DNA of 64,000 nucleotides. Origin: Puniceicoccaceae bacterium. Lineage in GTDB: Bacteria > Verrucomicrobiota > Verrucomicrobiia > Opitutales > Coraliomargaritaceae. The notes under the pieces were generated by a model. The model searched no databases. It saw only the letters and a list, made by a program, of their open reading frames with translations, and was not told the DNA's origin. Made by a program: the position numbers and the translations under genes. Location of the stretch: assembly GCA_017857255.1 (NCBI GenBank), contig JAFMDL010000003.1, positions 1,244 through 65,243 of the forward strand. The letters are read 5' to 3'. Below are positions 30,969-41,136 of the stretch, piece by piece (the first letter of the stretch is position 1; each line of letters opens with the position of its first letter).

Positions 30969-31000
30969 CAAAAAAACCCTAAGTTGTTAAGCTCAGGGTT
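30969..31000 (-). terminator. Rho-independent terminator of tRNA-Arg
   Basis: Minus-strand RNA AACCCUGAG-N8-CUUAGGGUU (one G-U pair) is followed by U7, directly after the tRNA 3' end. Confidence 0.7.
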
Positions 31001-31008
31001 TCTAAAAA

Positions 31009-31089
<81 letters not shown>

Positions 31090-31174
31090 CGGGAAGCCGG
31101 GATAAAGACAAAGTGGGCGCTTGAGATCAAGCAGAACTTTGCAAAAGTGTGATTTTTTTCGAAGGGCCTTAGAA

Positions 31175-31546
31175 TTAGGTCTGAAAGCGCACGATGTAGA
31201 CCAAAACTGCTGCCAGTGCACCTAGTGCGATGATACTCCACCACAGTCCTTTGGCGAGTGCTGGCTTTCGGTTAATCAGTACAATGACCGCGCCGAGTAT
31301 TAGCCAAATTAGCATTTTTCCGATTAGCCATGGAGCGCTGAAACTGTGACCGAGCTTCGAAATCATAGCAAATCCAGCTACTAGAATGAGCAGTAGGCCG
31401 ATTCCACTAGTGATGGAGCCGAGCTTGCGTAAGGATGGGCTGTCACTGCCGGCGAGGCTGCGAGCTAGCAGCGCGCCGTAGCCCGTGAAGAGCATGATGA
31501 TTCCAATGACATGAAGAACTTGATAGATGTATGCAGGCATAAGCAT
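31175..31546 (-). CDS. Small integral membrane protein (4 predicted TM helices), function unknown
   Basis: Strongly hydrophobic helices. ATG 31546 (MLMPAYIYQ) or 31540 is preferred, because the longer track start would run through the hpf terminator hairpin. Confidence 0.5.
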   Translation of the reverse strand: MLMPAYIYQVLHVIGIIMLFTGYGALLARSLAGSDSPSLRKLGSITSGIGLLLILVAGFAMISKLGHSFSAPWLIGKMLIWLILGAVIVLINRKPALAKGLWWSIIALGALAAVLVYIVRFQT

Positions 31547-31564
31547 ACAGATTTGCGAAGATCT

Positions 31565-31603
31565 ACAAAAAAGCAAGCCCGACTCACTGCAGAGAGTCGG
31601 GCT
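31565..31603 (-). terminator. Rho-independent terminator of hpf
   Basis: 10-bp stem AGCCCGACTC/GAGTCGGGCT with an 8-nt loop. On the minus strand it is followed by UGCUUUUUUGU, about 35 nt after the hpf stop. Confidence 0.8.
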
Positions 31604-31637
31604 TGTGGCTAGGATCAAAAAATCCGAGGTGCTATTC

Positions 31638-32003
<366 letters not shown>

Positions 32004-32332
32004 ATTTTATTAATCCTTTTCTATTGTGGGTTCTCTGTTAACGGAGACGGTTGACTCCGCCGCTTTGTAAATTTGAGCGAACAAAAAAAACCAACAATCT
32101 AGAATCACAATGACTCAGTCTGCTGGCTAATTTTGATTTGGTGACACCTATGCTGACTAGCGGTGTTAAACACAGATCCAAAATTAATATTTCGGAGGTT
32201 TTATCTAGTATTGAATGCCCAATTATCAAAGCAAAAATATGATAGAAGCGACTCCGACAGTTTGCAACCTTTCTTAGTGAAAACAGTCTTTTTTACATTC
32301 GGAGTGAGTGGTGAAACAAACGTCGAAGCTGC

Positions 32333-33211
32333 TCAGATGAATTCCGGCAGTTTGGGAATGTCTTCTTGTGTGCCTGTGGTGGTGAGTATGAAAATTTGCT
32401 CACCTTCGGACCAGATTTTAAATGCCTGCTTGTCGCACTCATAGCTTTTGGTCTTCTGCTTTTCACAAGGTGAGCATTCTTTCGGAAAGCTTGCTTTTTC
32501 AGCAGTAATGAGATGATAGGCTCGTCCATTTTTAAAACAGATCATGCTCAGATTCACCCCGTTGTAGTCAAAGGTGATGCAACCGAGCGTTTTCAGCGCT
32601 TCGAGTTGCTCTGGTATGTGTGCAGGTGTGGGCATACCCATCCCTGCCAGATGGCTTTGAAGTTCACTGACTTCGTCGGCTCGCTTATCAAACCTAGAGA
32701 GGTTAAAATCACGGATTTGCTCTGCCAAAAAGTGGATGACGTTGGGCACACCTGCGGTAGCGATGGTTCGTTCAGCCGCTGTCGTATCATTGCTAACTAA
32801 CTGCGGCTGAAGTGTTTGACGTGGCACCGCTAAAAATGCTCCCGCGACAGCTAAGGCAGCGGCAGCAGCTATCCATGGGCGGGACCATGGGCGATTATTC
32901 CCGGGAAATGGTAAGCTTTGCTCTACTTGGTCTGTAGTCTGATCGACGACGTCGCCTTGCAACAATATTGATTGTGCCGCATGCGCTTTCATCGCCACGA
33001 GGGTGGATGCTTGCTGGTGAGCCGAGGCTTCGATTTTACAGAATTCGGCACTGATTACTGAATCCATTGCTTGTTGCTCTTTGAACCAGGCGCTGAGTTC
33101 TGCGTCTTCGCGCAGTAGCTCCAGTGCTTCGGCGATGAGCGGATCGTTGCGGTCGTCGAGATTATCTGGACGGCAGAGTTGTAAGATATTTTTTGCTTCT
33201 TCGCGGTCCAT
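32333..33211 (-). CDS. Putative membrane-spanning anti-sigma factor
   Basis: Starts 3 nt after the ECF sigma gene. It has an N-terminal cytoplasmic helical segment, one TM (WIAAAAALAVAGAFLAV) and a C-terminal extracytoplasmic domain. The call rests on position and topology only. Confidence 0.5.
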   Translation of the reverse strand: MDREEAKNILQLCRPDNLDDRNDPLIAEALELLREDAELSAWFKEQQAMDSVISAEFCKIEASAHQQASTLVAMKAHAAQSILLQGDVVDQTTDQVEQSLPFPGNNRPWSRPWIAAAAALAVAGAFLAVPRQTLQPQLVSNDTTAAERTIATAGVPNVIHFLAEQIRDFNLSRFDKRADEVSELQSHLAGMGMPTPAHIPEQLEALKTLGCITFDYNGVNLSMICFKNGRAYHLITAEKASFPKECSPCEKQKTKSYECDKQAFKIWSEGEQIFILTTTGTQEDIPKLPEFI

Positions 33212-33214
33212 AAC

Positions 33215-33751
33215 TTAAAATGTGCTTGGGTTGGTTTCCGCTTCTTTGCGTTTAAAGATCTCGCGCAGTTGTGACTTTCCGCGGGATAGGCGCGACATTA
33301 TGGTGCCGATGGGGACATCAAGGATCTCGGCGATTTCTTTATACGATAGATCTTTTAAGTAAAAGAGCGCGACTGGCTTTTGGTAGACTTCGTCGATCTC
33401 TTTGAGTGCTTGAACCGCAAGATTGGCATCTATGCTGCGGCAAATGTGCGAGTCTTCGTGGCCGATCGTGGCTTCGAGTATCTCTGGTTCAAAACTATCG
33501 GTGCGTGAGTCTTTACGCCGATGGCGAAGGAATTCGCGGTAAAGTGTGGTAAAGAGCCAAGATTTTACTTTCGATTGATCACGCAGTGAATCACCTTTTT
33601 CTGCATAAATAAAAAAGGTCTGTTGGGCTAAATCGCTGGCTTCATGCTCGTTTTTAGCTAGACTGTAGCCAAATCGATAAAGCGGTTGGTAGTAGGCACT
33701 CACGATGTCTTCAAAAGTCAAATTAGTTGATTTTATGGTCATGTGAGGCAA
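33215..33751 (-). CDS. ECF-type RNA polymerase sigma-70 factor
   Basis: Region 2 (YQPLYRFGYSLAKNEHEASDLAQQTF) and region 4 HTH (LSYKEIAEILDVPIGTIMSRLSRGK). Confidence 0.85.
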   Translation of the reverse strand: MPHMTIKSTNLTFEDIVSAYYQPLYRFGYSLAKNEHEASDLAQQTFFIYAEKGDSLRDQSKVKSWLFTTLYREFLRHRRKDSRTDSFEPEILEATIGHEDSHICRSIDANLAVQALKEIDEVYQKPVALFYLKDLSYKEIAEILDVPIGTIMSRLSRGKSQLREIFKRKEAETNPSTF

Positions 33752-33800
33752 TTAAAGGATTCTTTATTCCCAAAAAAATTAAGCGATTTAAATAGCTAAG

Positions 33801-34889
33801 CTAACGTATGAGCATCGCATCACCGTAGCTATAAAAATTATAGTTATGCGCGATGGCCTCCGCGTAAAGTTCTAATAACCATTGAATGCCTGAATTATCG
33901 CCAGGACTTAAAAACCCCGAAACGAGACAGAGTAGCGTGGATTTAGGTAGGTGAAAGTTAGTGATCAAGGCATCAACCGCAAGAAAGTCTGCCGGTGGGT
34001 AGATAAAAATATCTGCTTCGGCTTGTACAGATCCAGAGGGAGTTAGGCAGTTGCTTGATTGTACTTGGACGCGGCGCATTGCGTCTTCGATCGAGCGGAC
34101 CGAGGTGGTGCCCACCGCGACTCGAGGACCTGGACTCGTTTGTTGAAGGGCGTTGTAGGCGCTGGCGGGGATCTCGTACCATTCGTGATGAATGTTGTGA
34201 TCCAAGATGTTATCGACCTGGATTGGGTGAAAAGTGCCGATCCCGACTTGAAGTGTTAGGTCATGGAACTGCGCCCCGCGAGCTTCAAGCTGATGGATTA
34301 GATCGGGCGTAAAATGGAGGCCTGCAGTCGGAGCCGCTACAGCGACACGCTTGTCGTAGTCGGCGTAGACAGTTTGGTAGCGTTCGTTATCAGCACTTCG
34401 ACGGGGGTCGTCGATGCTTCGCTCAATATAAGGAGGGAGTGGCATGATACCGAGACGCTCGGAAAGGTCGGTGACGGATTCGTCTCGGACCGGATGGAAT
34501 CGAACTCGATAATTGCCATTTTCACCTGCGTTCAGGACTTCTGCAGTAAATTCACCTTCTACACCAAAGGTGCCGCCTTGGAGGGTTTTCTTACCTGGGC
34601 GTAGAAGACACCACCAGGTGATGGCATCTTCGGCTGGTTGAAGTAAGAGGCATTCGACTTTGCCGCCTGTGGGACGCTGACCAAAGATACGTGCTTTAAG
34701 TACCGCAGCATTATTGCGAAAAAACCGAGCATTGTTTGGCAGATATTCGCCGATTTGTGCAAAAGTGGTGTGTGTGATCTGTCGAGTCTTGCGATCTACA
34801 ACCATTAGGCGCGAGGCATCGCGCTGAGTGGCGGGCTCTTGAGCGATACGTTCGATCGGGAGAGGGTAGTCAAATAGGGAGCTGTCCAT
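33801..34889 (-). CDS. queA: S-adenosylmethionine:tRNA ribosyltransferase-isomerase
   Basis: FDYPLPIERIAQEP, PLPPYI, APTAGLHFT, VGTTSVRS and TNFHLPKSTL are QueA hallmarks. Confidence 0.9.
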   Translation of the reverse strand: MDSSLFDYPLPIERIAQEPATQRDASRLMVVDRKTRQITHTTFAQIGEYLPNNARFFRNNAAVLKARIFGQRPTGGKVECLLLQPAEDAITWWCLLRPGKKTLQGGTFGVEGEFTAEVLNAGENGNYRVRFHPVRDESVTDLSERLGIMPLPPYIERSIDDPRRSADNERYQTVYADYDKRVAVAAPTAGLHFTPDLIHQLEARGAQFHDLTLQVGIGTFHPIQVDNILDHNIHHEWYEIPASAYNALQQTSPGPRVAVGTTSVRSIEDAMRRVQVQSSNCLTPSGSVQAEADIFIYPPADFLAVDALITNFHLPKSTLLCLVSGFLSPGDNSGIQWLLELYAEAIAHNYNFYSYGDAMLIR

Positions 34890-35123
34890 TGAGGGGCTTT
34901 TAGTGGGTGAACGCTGTTGTGGGAAGTCCGTTTTTCCTGCACTTTTTCAGGGTAAGTCATGCAAGTCAGTTCAGTGACTAAGCCAAGCACTACTTTCCTA
35001 TAGGTGAAGGTGAACTTGTTTACGATGTAGCGCTGCCGATTTTTTTGAACAAAGAATTTCTACGCTTAAATCCTTGCGGCGAAGATTTAAAAAGAGCTAC
35101 AATAAAAGGTTCATTATTCCTTT

Positions 35124-37691
35124 ATGTCTACCCGAGCTACTAGTCGTGTGTATAATCAAGTCGCCCTTGAAGTGTGGTTCGAAAATGTTGGACTCGAGTG
35201 GGAAACGTTCTTCTCGGACGAGGCACTCCAGCGCGGGCGTGAAATATATAGAAAAGGGCAAATATCAGGAGTCGAGTTAGCAGATAAAGATGCAATTGTG
35301 CATTGTGCATTTGCGCGTAAGGATACCTGTTATGCTGTGGTGGATTGGACTAAAGATGGACCGATTGTACGTTGTTCGACTGAGGATCAAGCGCTGGGCG
35401 ATGCTGTTGCAGTCGGGGGATTGTATGAAATTGAGGAGCTCATTGCAGATGAAATTGCCCCATTACCTTATGAGCTAGAAGTTACCTCTGATCCTGAAAC
35501 ATCTGCGGTATTAGAGGAGGCCATTGAGGGTGAGCAGGCGAAGTCTCAAGTAGGCATACCGTGTGAAGAACCATCGGTACGTCGGTTGACACCGCGTTTA
35601 GAAGGTCTGGGGTCAGGTTTGCGGATGACCGCGTATTGGGTGAACTCCGACTTTTCTCGAGAGGAGGCACTCCAAACAGATGGCAACTCAATGAGCAGTG
35701 GAGAGCGCGAATTGTTAGTCCGTCTGACTGCCATTGCCAAAGAAGTCGGCTTTAATTTCCGTCGCGAATCAAATGATTTTCTGATGCGGAATCCTGAGCA
35801 GATCGCACCGTTTTTTTCGCATACGTGTAAACGTTGGGAAGCTATTTTCGGTTATATGGATCTAGATCTTGATGCGCAGGCGATGGCTGAAGGAGAGAAG
35901 CAGGTTAAGGTGATTGGGCGTGTTGAATCGGCAGGTAAGACAGACATGCGTGTCGACTGGCGCTTTAAATTGGGTAAGCGATGGCTTGATGCAGAAGACA
36001 CTGAGCGGTTAGCTAAGATTGGGCGTGGTACTCATATTGTGAAAGGTATGGGGCTGGTGCGTATTGCGGAGGAGCAGACCGATGCGTTGGCGGAGTGGCG
36101 AGTAGCTGCTGCATGCGGATCGGAAGCTGCGCAGACATGGCCTCGCTATATGGTATTTTCTCTATTTGGAGATCGAGGCGCTGAGCTCGACTTGGAGCAG
36201 GAGTTGCAGGAATGGCGCGCAGCGCTTGAGGCACAAGAGTCTGCCGTCAATGATCGCACCAGCGGATTAGAGCTGCAATTACCGGATTTTTTGCGTCCCT
36301 ATCAGCGATATGGTGTGCGTTGGATGGCCAATTTACGTGCGCAGAATTGTCATGGTTTATTGGCAGATGAGATGGGCCTTGGGAAGACGCTGCAAGTATT
36401 GACGTTGCTGAACTCCTATCCTTATGAAGGAATGCATAATTTGATTGTTTGCCCAGCGAGTGTGGTGCCTGTTTGGGAGAATGAAGTAAAGCATTGGTAT
36501 CCACAATTGAATACCGCGGTATTACGCAGTGATGAAACATTCGTTAATTCTCCTCAGGGTAAGACTAAATTGTGGATTGCCAGCTATACACAATTGCGAC
36601 GTCATAAGCATCTATTAGACGACTTTGAATTTGGTTACGCAGTGCTCGATGAGGCACAGCAAATTAAGAATCCAGAAGCGAAGGTCACGCATGCTTGTTG
36701 TGCGATACAGGCAAAGTGTCGACTCGCACTGACGGGCACGCCGATTGAGAATCGTTTGTTAGATGTGTGGACTTTATTTCGTTTCATTATGCCTGGTTTG
36801 CTAGGTTCGCGTCGACGATTTGAAGATGCCGCAACTTCACAGGATATGTCGGTACGCAAGAGTTTGGAGCAACGTTTGCGTAAACAGATCGCGCCGTTTT
36901 TATTGCGCCGCATGAAGGATAAGGTAGGCAAAGATCTTCCGCCAAAAGTAGAGATGGATTTGGTGTGCCCGATCACTGAAATACAGCGCCAGATCTATGA
37001 AGGCTTGTTAAATAAGGGGCGCGAAGAGATGGGGAATGATTTGCAGCTTGCGATGCAGTCTAATTCGATGAATTTCTTTACACTGCTGACCCGTTTAAGG
37101 CAGGCGTGTTGTGATCCGGGAATTATTCCAGGTGTCGAAACAAGCCCACAACACAGTGGTAAGATTCAGATTTTACTCACGCGCTTGGGTGAGGCACTTA
37201 CAGGTAATGGGGCGCGCAAAGTCGTGATTTTCAGTCAATTTGTGCAGCTACTTAAGCGAGTGAAGCCATTAATTCAGGATGCATTCCCAGAGATTAATTT
37301 GTATGAGTTAACCGGGCATACAAAGAATCGTTCGAAGCCAGTGGAGTCTTTTCAAGCGAAGCAAGGGCCAGCTGTGATTTTAGTAAGCTTGAAAGCAGGG
37401 GGCACAGGGATTACACTGCATGCAGCGGACTATGTATTTTTACTCGATCCGTGGTGGAACCCGGCAGTCGAGAATCAAGCGGTCGATCGCGTGCATCGTA
37501 TCGGTCAGCGCAAACGCGTCTTTGTTTATCGAATGATTACACAAGGCACGATTGAGGAACGCATTCAGCACCTAAAAGCTGAGAAGCGTGAGCTTTTTGA
37601 GAGCACTCTTGGTAATCTTGGCAGTGCTAAAGACCTGCGTGAGCACTTTTCAGATATCGAAGAACTCGCCAAGTTACTTCCACCCAATTAA
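35124..37691 (+). CDS. SNF2-family helicase/ATPase with long N-terminal SNF2-associated region
   Basis: Motif I LADEMGLGKT, motif II DEAQQIKN, LTGTPIEN, and C-terminal motifs SLKAGGTGITL and DPWWNPAVENQAVDRVHRIGQ. The ~390-aa N-terminal region has a degenerate SWIM-like segment. Confidence 0.85.
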   Translation: MSTRATSRVYNQVALEVWFENVGLEWETFFSDEALQRGREIYRKGQISGVELADKDAIVHCAFARKDTCYAVVDWTKDGPIVRCSTEDQALGDAVAVGGLYEIEELIADEIAPLPYELEVTSDPETSAVLEEAIEGEQAKSQVGIPCEEPSVRRLTPRLEGLGSGLRMTAYWVNSDFSREEALQTDGNSMSSGERELLVRLTAIAKEVGFNFRRESNDFLMRNPEQIAPFFSHTCKRWEAIFGYMDLDLDAQAMAEGEKQVKVIGRVESAGKTDMRVDWRFKLGKRWLDAEDTERLAKIGRGTHIVKGMGLVRIAEEQTDALAEWRVAAACGSEAAQTWPRYMVFSLFGDRGAELDLEQELQEWRAALEAQESAVNDRTSGLELQLPDFLRPYQRYGVRWMANLRAQNCHGLLADEMGLGKTLQVLTLLNSYPYEGMHNLIVCPASVVPVWENEVKHWYPQLNTAVLRSDETFVNSPQGKTKLWIASYTQLRRHKHLLDDFEFGYAVLDEAQQIKNPEAKVTHACCAIQAKCRLALTGTPIENRLLDVWTLFRFIMPGLLGSRRRFEDAATSQDMSVRKSLEQRLRKQIAPFLLRRMKDKVGKDLPPKVEMDLVCPITEIQRQIYEGLLNKGREEMGNDLQLAMQSNSMNFFTLLTRLRQACCDPGIIPGVETSPQHSGKIQILLTRLGEALTGNGARKVVIFSQFVQLLKRVKPLIQDAFPEINLYELTGHTKNRSKPVESFQAKQGPAVILVSLKAGGTGITLHAADYVFLLDPWWNPAVENQAVDRVHRIGQRKRVFVYRMITQGTIEERIQHLKAEKRELFESTLGNLGSAKDLREHFSDIEELAKLLPPN

Positions 37692-37704
37692 GCATTAATG
37701 GGGC

Positions 37705-37739
37705 ACAAAAAACGGCTGCCTCCGCGAGGAAGCAACCGT
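37705..37739 (-). terminator. Rho-independent terminator of the SWIB gene
   Basis: Minus-strand RNA CGGUUGCUUCC-UCGC-GGAGGCAGCCG (two G-U pairs) is followed by U6. On the plus strand the same stem has two A-C mismatches and no U tail. Confidence 0.7.
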
Positions 37740-37765
37740 GTGAAGTAATGTATCTTTGGTGCGTC

Positions 37766-38095
37766 TTATTCGACGTTGGCACCAACAACAGCAGCCATTT
37801 GCATCATGTTGATGGTCTGGCCTTCCTTAAGGTTGGTAAAATCTGTGACTTTACCAGATTTGCTGGTTGAGTTTGTGTTGCGAAGTACTGGCAGCATTTT
37901 AGCGTCGGCTACAATGAACTTGCCTGCATTTTGCGGAGCGCCGTTCTCGGTCTTAGTTTGGAGACCGTTTTCTTTGATGTAGTCCCAGAGCTTCTTAGTG
38001 ATCTCTGTGCGTGGAAGCGCTGTGGCTCCGAGGAATGCCGCGAGGTCTGCTTTAAGTTTAACTGGTTTGTTTAGTCCTTTGGGTTCATCTGCCAT
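37766..38095 (-). CDS. SWIB/MDM2-domain protein
   Basis: KADLAAFLGATALPRTEITKKLWDYIKENGLQ closely parallels the stand-alone chlamydial SWIB protein core (recalled as ADLAAIVG...MPRTEIIKKMWDYIKENSLQ). It carries an insertion before the C-terminal helix. Confidence 0.8.
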   Translation of the reverse strand: MADEPKGLNKPVKLKADLAAFLGATALPRTEITKKLWDYIKENGLQTKTENGAPQNAGKFIVADAKMLPVLRNTNSTSKSGKVTDFTNLKEGQTINMMQMAAVVGANVE

Positions 38096-38144
38096 AATAG
38101 TATTCTATTCTGTTTGTTATTTTCGTTTAGTTGAGGCGATTTGA

Positions 38145-38579
38145 TTAATCAAGTTTCGCTAAATGTTTGAGCGCGGCGACATAGCCGTCTAAGCCTAGTC
38201 CGCAGATGACTCCAATGCAGGCCTCAGCAGTCATCGAGTGCTGACGAATGGATTCACGATTGTAGATATTACTGATATGGACCTCGACCACAGGGAGGTC
38301 GCTGCCAGCAATTGCGTCGCGCAGTGCGAGGCTGGTATGAGTCAGCGCCCCGGGATTAATAATGATGCCGAAGACCTCAGCGTCTGTGAATTTGCCGATT
38401 TCATCGATAATAAAGCCCTCGTGATTGGATTGATAAAACTGCACTTCAACCTGTAATTTAGCGGCAGCTTCCGTGAGCAGGTTTTCTAAGTCGGTGAGAG
38501 TTCGATCGCCGTAGATGGACGGTTCGCGTTTGCCGAGGCGATCCAAGTTGGGTCCGTTGATGATGACTATGCGTTTCAT
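38145..38579 (-). CDS. aroQ: Type II 3-dehydroquinate dehydratase
   Basis: INGPNLDRLGKREPSIYG, NHEG and VEVHISNI motifs. Confidence 0.9.
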   Translation of the reverse strand: MKRIVIINGPNLDRLGKREPSIYGDRTLTDLENLLTEAAAKLQVEVQFYQSNHEGFIIDEIGKFTDAEVFGIIINPGALTHTSLALRDAIAGSDLPVVEVHISNIYNRESIRQHSMTAEACIGVICGLGLDGYVAALKHLAKLD

Positions 38580-38635
38580 TAATTAATCGAGGTTGTGTAG
38601 AAGAGATAGCAGTTGTGCAGGCTTTGCAATCCACA

Positions 38636-39394
38636 TTAAAGCAAGCAGGGCGTTTCTATAAAGGTCCATTCAAGACCAAATTGCTCCGCAGTTTCTTTGG
38701 CAAGTGCTTTAACTCCAAATACTTCAGTGGCGTAATGGCCGCAGGGGTAGAGATTAAGGCCAAGCTCTTGTGCCATATTAAAATGATGTTGGCGTAGTTC
38801 GCCAGTGATGAGCGTGTCGATATTGTTGGCTTTGAGTGCATCGACCGCGCTTTGCCCACTGCCAGTAAGGATGGCGATGCGTTGCGGATGCTCACTACCA
38901 TATTCAATCGCTTGGTAAGTGCTAGGGAAGAGTGCTTTGAGTTTGGTGGCGAGCTCATGCCTTCCACCTTCCGGACCTGCGGTGATGGTAGCCATATCGT
39001 TGCCTTCGTAGGGGACGAAACAGTCGGTTTTGGCGAGCCCGAGGGCCTTGGCGAGCAGGGCGTTGTTGCCAATTTCGGGGTGGCAATCAAGAGGCAGGTG
39101 TGCGCCGTAGACCGCGAGGTTACCTTCTATCGCGGTCTTTATTTTCTTGTATTTACTGCCTGTGAGCGGAATAGGCGGAGTCCAGAAGAGACCGTGGTGA
39201 CAGATCAGGAAATCGACTTCTGCGGCGATCGCTTGTTCAAAGGGGATTTGACCCGCATCAACGGCAGCTCCGATCTTGGTAACCAGTCCGAGGTTCTCAA
39301 CTTGCAGGCCGTTATTAGCGCCAGGGAAGTCTTTAATTTCAGTTTGGCGGGTGCGTTGATCACAAAACGCGACAATTTCCGAGAGGGTAGGCAT
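38636..39394 (-). CDS. Nif3-family dinuclear-metal protein (GTP cyclohydrolase 1 type 2 homolog)
   Basis: ICHHGLFW, AHLPLD and CGHYATE metal-ligand motifs; 252 aa. Confidence 0.85.
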   Translation of the reverse strand: MPTLSEIVAFCDQRTRQTEIKDFPGANNGLQVENLGLVTKIGAAVDAGQIPFEQAIAAEVDFLICHHGLFWTPPIPLTGSKYKKIKTAIEGNLAVYGAHLPLDCHPEIGNNALLAKALGLAKTDCFVPYEGNDMATITAGPEGGRHELATKLKALFPSTYQAIEYGSEHPQRIAILTGSGQSAVDALKANNIDTLITGELRQHHFNMAQELGLNLYPCGHYATEVFGVKALAKETAEQFGLEWTFIETPCLL

Positions 39395-39508
39395 GTGTAA
39401 AGAGTAAGTGTTAAATCGTGAATTGTGGAAACGTTAAAAGGTTGTAGTGACTATGGGAAGTGTGATTTTTGCTTCTCATTCTGCTGGGGATCTTCTAATT
39501 CCTCTCTA

Positions 39509-40318
39509 ATGTCAGAATATGAAGCACGGTTTGGCGCGATTGGGCGTTTGTATGGAGTCGATGGGTTGAAGCGACTTTCGCAGGCGCATGTTTGTGTGAT
39601 CGGCTTGGGCGGGGTCGGCTCGTGGGCCGTTGAAGCCTTGGCGCGCACCGGGATTGGCAAATTGACGTTGGTGGATATGGATGAGGTCTGCCTAAGCAAT
39701 GTGAATCGGCAGCTGCATGCTTTAAGCGATACAATTGGTCGCTCCAAAGCGGTGTTGTTGGCTGAACGCGTGGTTAAGATTTCGCCTAGTTGCGAAGTGG
39801 TGGTTGAAGAGTGCTTTTTGACGGAGTCATCGATGGATCGTCTATTAGAACCGAGGTATGATTATATAATCGATGCGATTGATAGTACGAAGTACAAATG
39901 CTTGTTGATCGCTGAGGCGCGCGCGCGCGGGTTGAATCTAATCACCTGTGGTGGTGCGGGGGGACGTATCGACCCCTCACGTGTGCAAATAGCAGATTTG
40001 GCGCGATCGATTAATGATTCTTTATTGTTGCAGGTACGCAAACGATTGCGACAGCAGTATGGCTTTCCGATGTTCAAGCGTCAGAAGTTTAAGATCGATT
40101 GTGTTTTCACAGATGAGTTGCCGGTTTATCCGACTAGTCAAGGAACTGTTACTTGTGATCGAGAAACTGGTGCTGACTATCGATTAAATTGCGATGAGGG
40201 GTTTGGCTCTGCGACTTATTTGACCGGAACTTTTGGATTTTTCTTAGCAGCCGAAGTGGTCAAGCGAATAGCGTTAGGTAATAAGGCATCCTCAAAAAAT
40301 AATGAGAATGATTCGTAG
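39509..40318 (+). CDS. tcdA: tRNA threonylcarbamoyladenosine dehydratase (ThiF-family)
   Basis: RFGAIGRLYG, VIGLGGVGSW nucleotide loop, NRQ and DAIDS. ATG 39509 (MSEYEARF) is preferred over the Cys/Ser-rich 28-codon extension in the track. Confidence 0.8.
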   Translation: MSEYEARFGAIGRLYGVDGLKRLSQAHVCVIGLGGVGSWAVEALARTGIGKLTLVDMDEVCLSNVNRQLHALSDTIGRSKAVLLAERVVKISPSCEVVVEECFLTESSMDRLLEPRYDYIIDAIDSTKYKCLLIAEARARGLNLITCGGAGGRIDPSRVQIADLARSINDSLLLQVRKRLRQQYGFPMFKRQKFKIDCVFTDELPVYPTSQGTVTCDRETGADYRLNCDEGFGSATYLTGTFGFFLAAEVVKRIALGNKASSKNNENDS

Positions 40319-40395
40319 ACTAAAGTTTGTAAAAAAAAGTATTTTTTTATTCGGAAAACTTGTATTTTCAATAGAAGCACCCTACAGATATTGGT

Positions 40396-40689
40396 GTGTC
40401 TGAAATTCTTACAAATCCACCGACCGTTATTTGGTCGCACAGTAATCGACAAGCAGATTTTTACGAACTGCCGACTGATGGGTATGAGATACATGAGTCA
40501 ATTGGCTGGTTGTTGAATCATTATAAATCCGTTTCTTTATGGATGGGTTTGGAAAGTGAGGATGGCGCGGAGTTGTTTTTAATTTGTTCTCCGACACAAC
40601 CAGCCGATGTGGTTGCTCGCTTGCGTGTTCGCGACAGTGATCTTTCTGTATTTGATGTGCCGATTTCGCTTAGCACGAGTGACTCGTGA
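40396..40689 (+). CDS. Hypothetical 97-aa protein
   Basis: It is the only sizeable ORF in an otherwise 410-nt gap between tcdA and the pilT operon end. GTG start, no recognisable motif. Confidence 0.35.
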   Translation: MSEILTNPPTVIWSHSNRQADFYELPTDGYEIHESIGWLLNHYKSVSLWMGLESEDGAELFLICSPTQPADVVARLRVRDSDLSVFDVPISLSTSDS

Positions 40690-40728
40690 TTAAGCAGCAT
40701 TTGGTCTGCACTTATTAGGACACATACT

Positions 40729-41097
40729 TTATAGAGTCGTTTGTTTGTTTGCCCGAATACTGTTCCGTATTTTTTTTAAAAGCTCCTTGGGCATTTTGTC
40801 CTTACTGATGCGAAAATTTGTTTGGCGTGTCTGAATGTGATAGCCGAGATGGTCGACTTTGAGTTTTTGCATGTCTGCCCACTGCAGGAGTATTGGTGGT
40901 TTTGGTTTTTTACTGAGTGTAACACCTAGTTCGTCCCAAGTGATTTGCAATCGACCAATTGAGGTCAGGGTGATGGCAATCGCACAGGCAACAAAAAATC
41001 CAATACCCGCTGCCATAAGGTAGTTCTCTTGCCGAGCAGCACTCATACTCATCATAATTCCGAGTGCAGCATAGATCAATGCTTTGATTTTTTTCAT
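40729..41097 (-). CDS. Small membrane protein (2 TM + PH-like soluble tail), function unknown
   Basis: Two N-terminal TM helices, then a basic soluble segment. It lies immediately downstream of pilT on the same strand. ATG 41097 is preferred; the track start 41127 is a TTG. Confidence 0.45.
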   Translation of the reverse strand: MKKIKALIYAALGIMMSMSAARQENYLMAAGIGFFVACAIAITLTSIGRLQITWDELGVTLSKKPKPPILLQWADMQKLKVDHLGYHIQTRQTNFRISKDKMPKELLKKIRNSIRANKQTTL

Positions 41098-41136
41098 TGG
41101 AGCGAGTCTGCTAATAAATACATGCAATGAGTCAGC

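Noticed and set aside
38656-39400. 144-aa minus-strand and 182-aa plus-strand ORFs overlapping the nif3-family gene
   Set aside because: They are alternative-frame or antisense shadows of a well-supported Nif3 CDS, with no independent start context or motifs.
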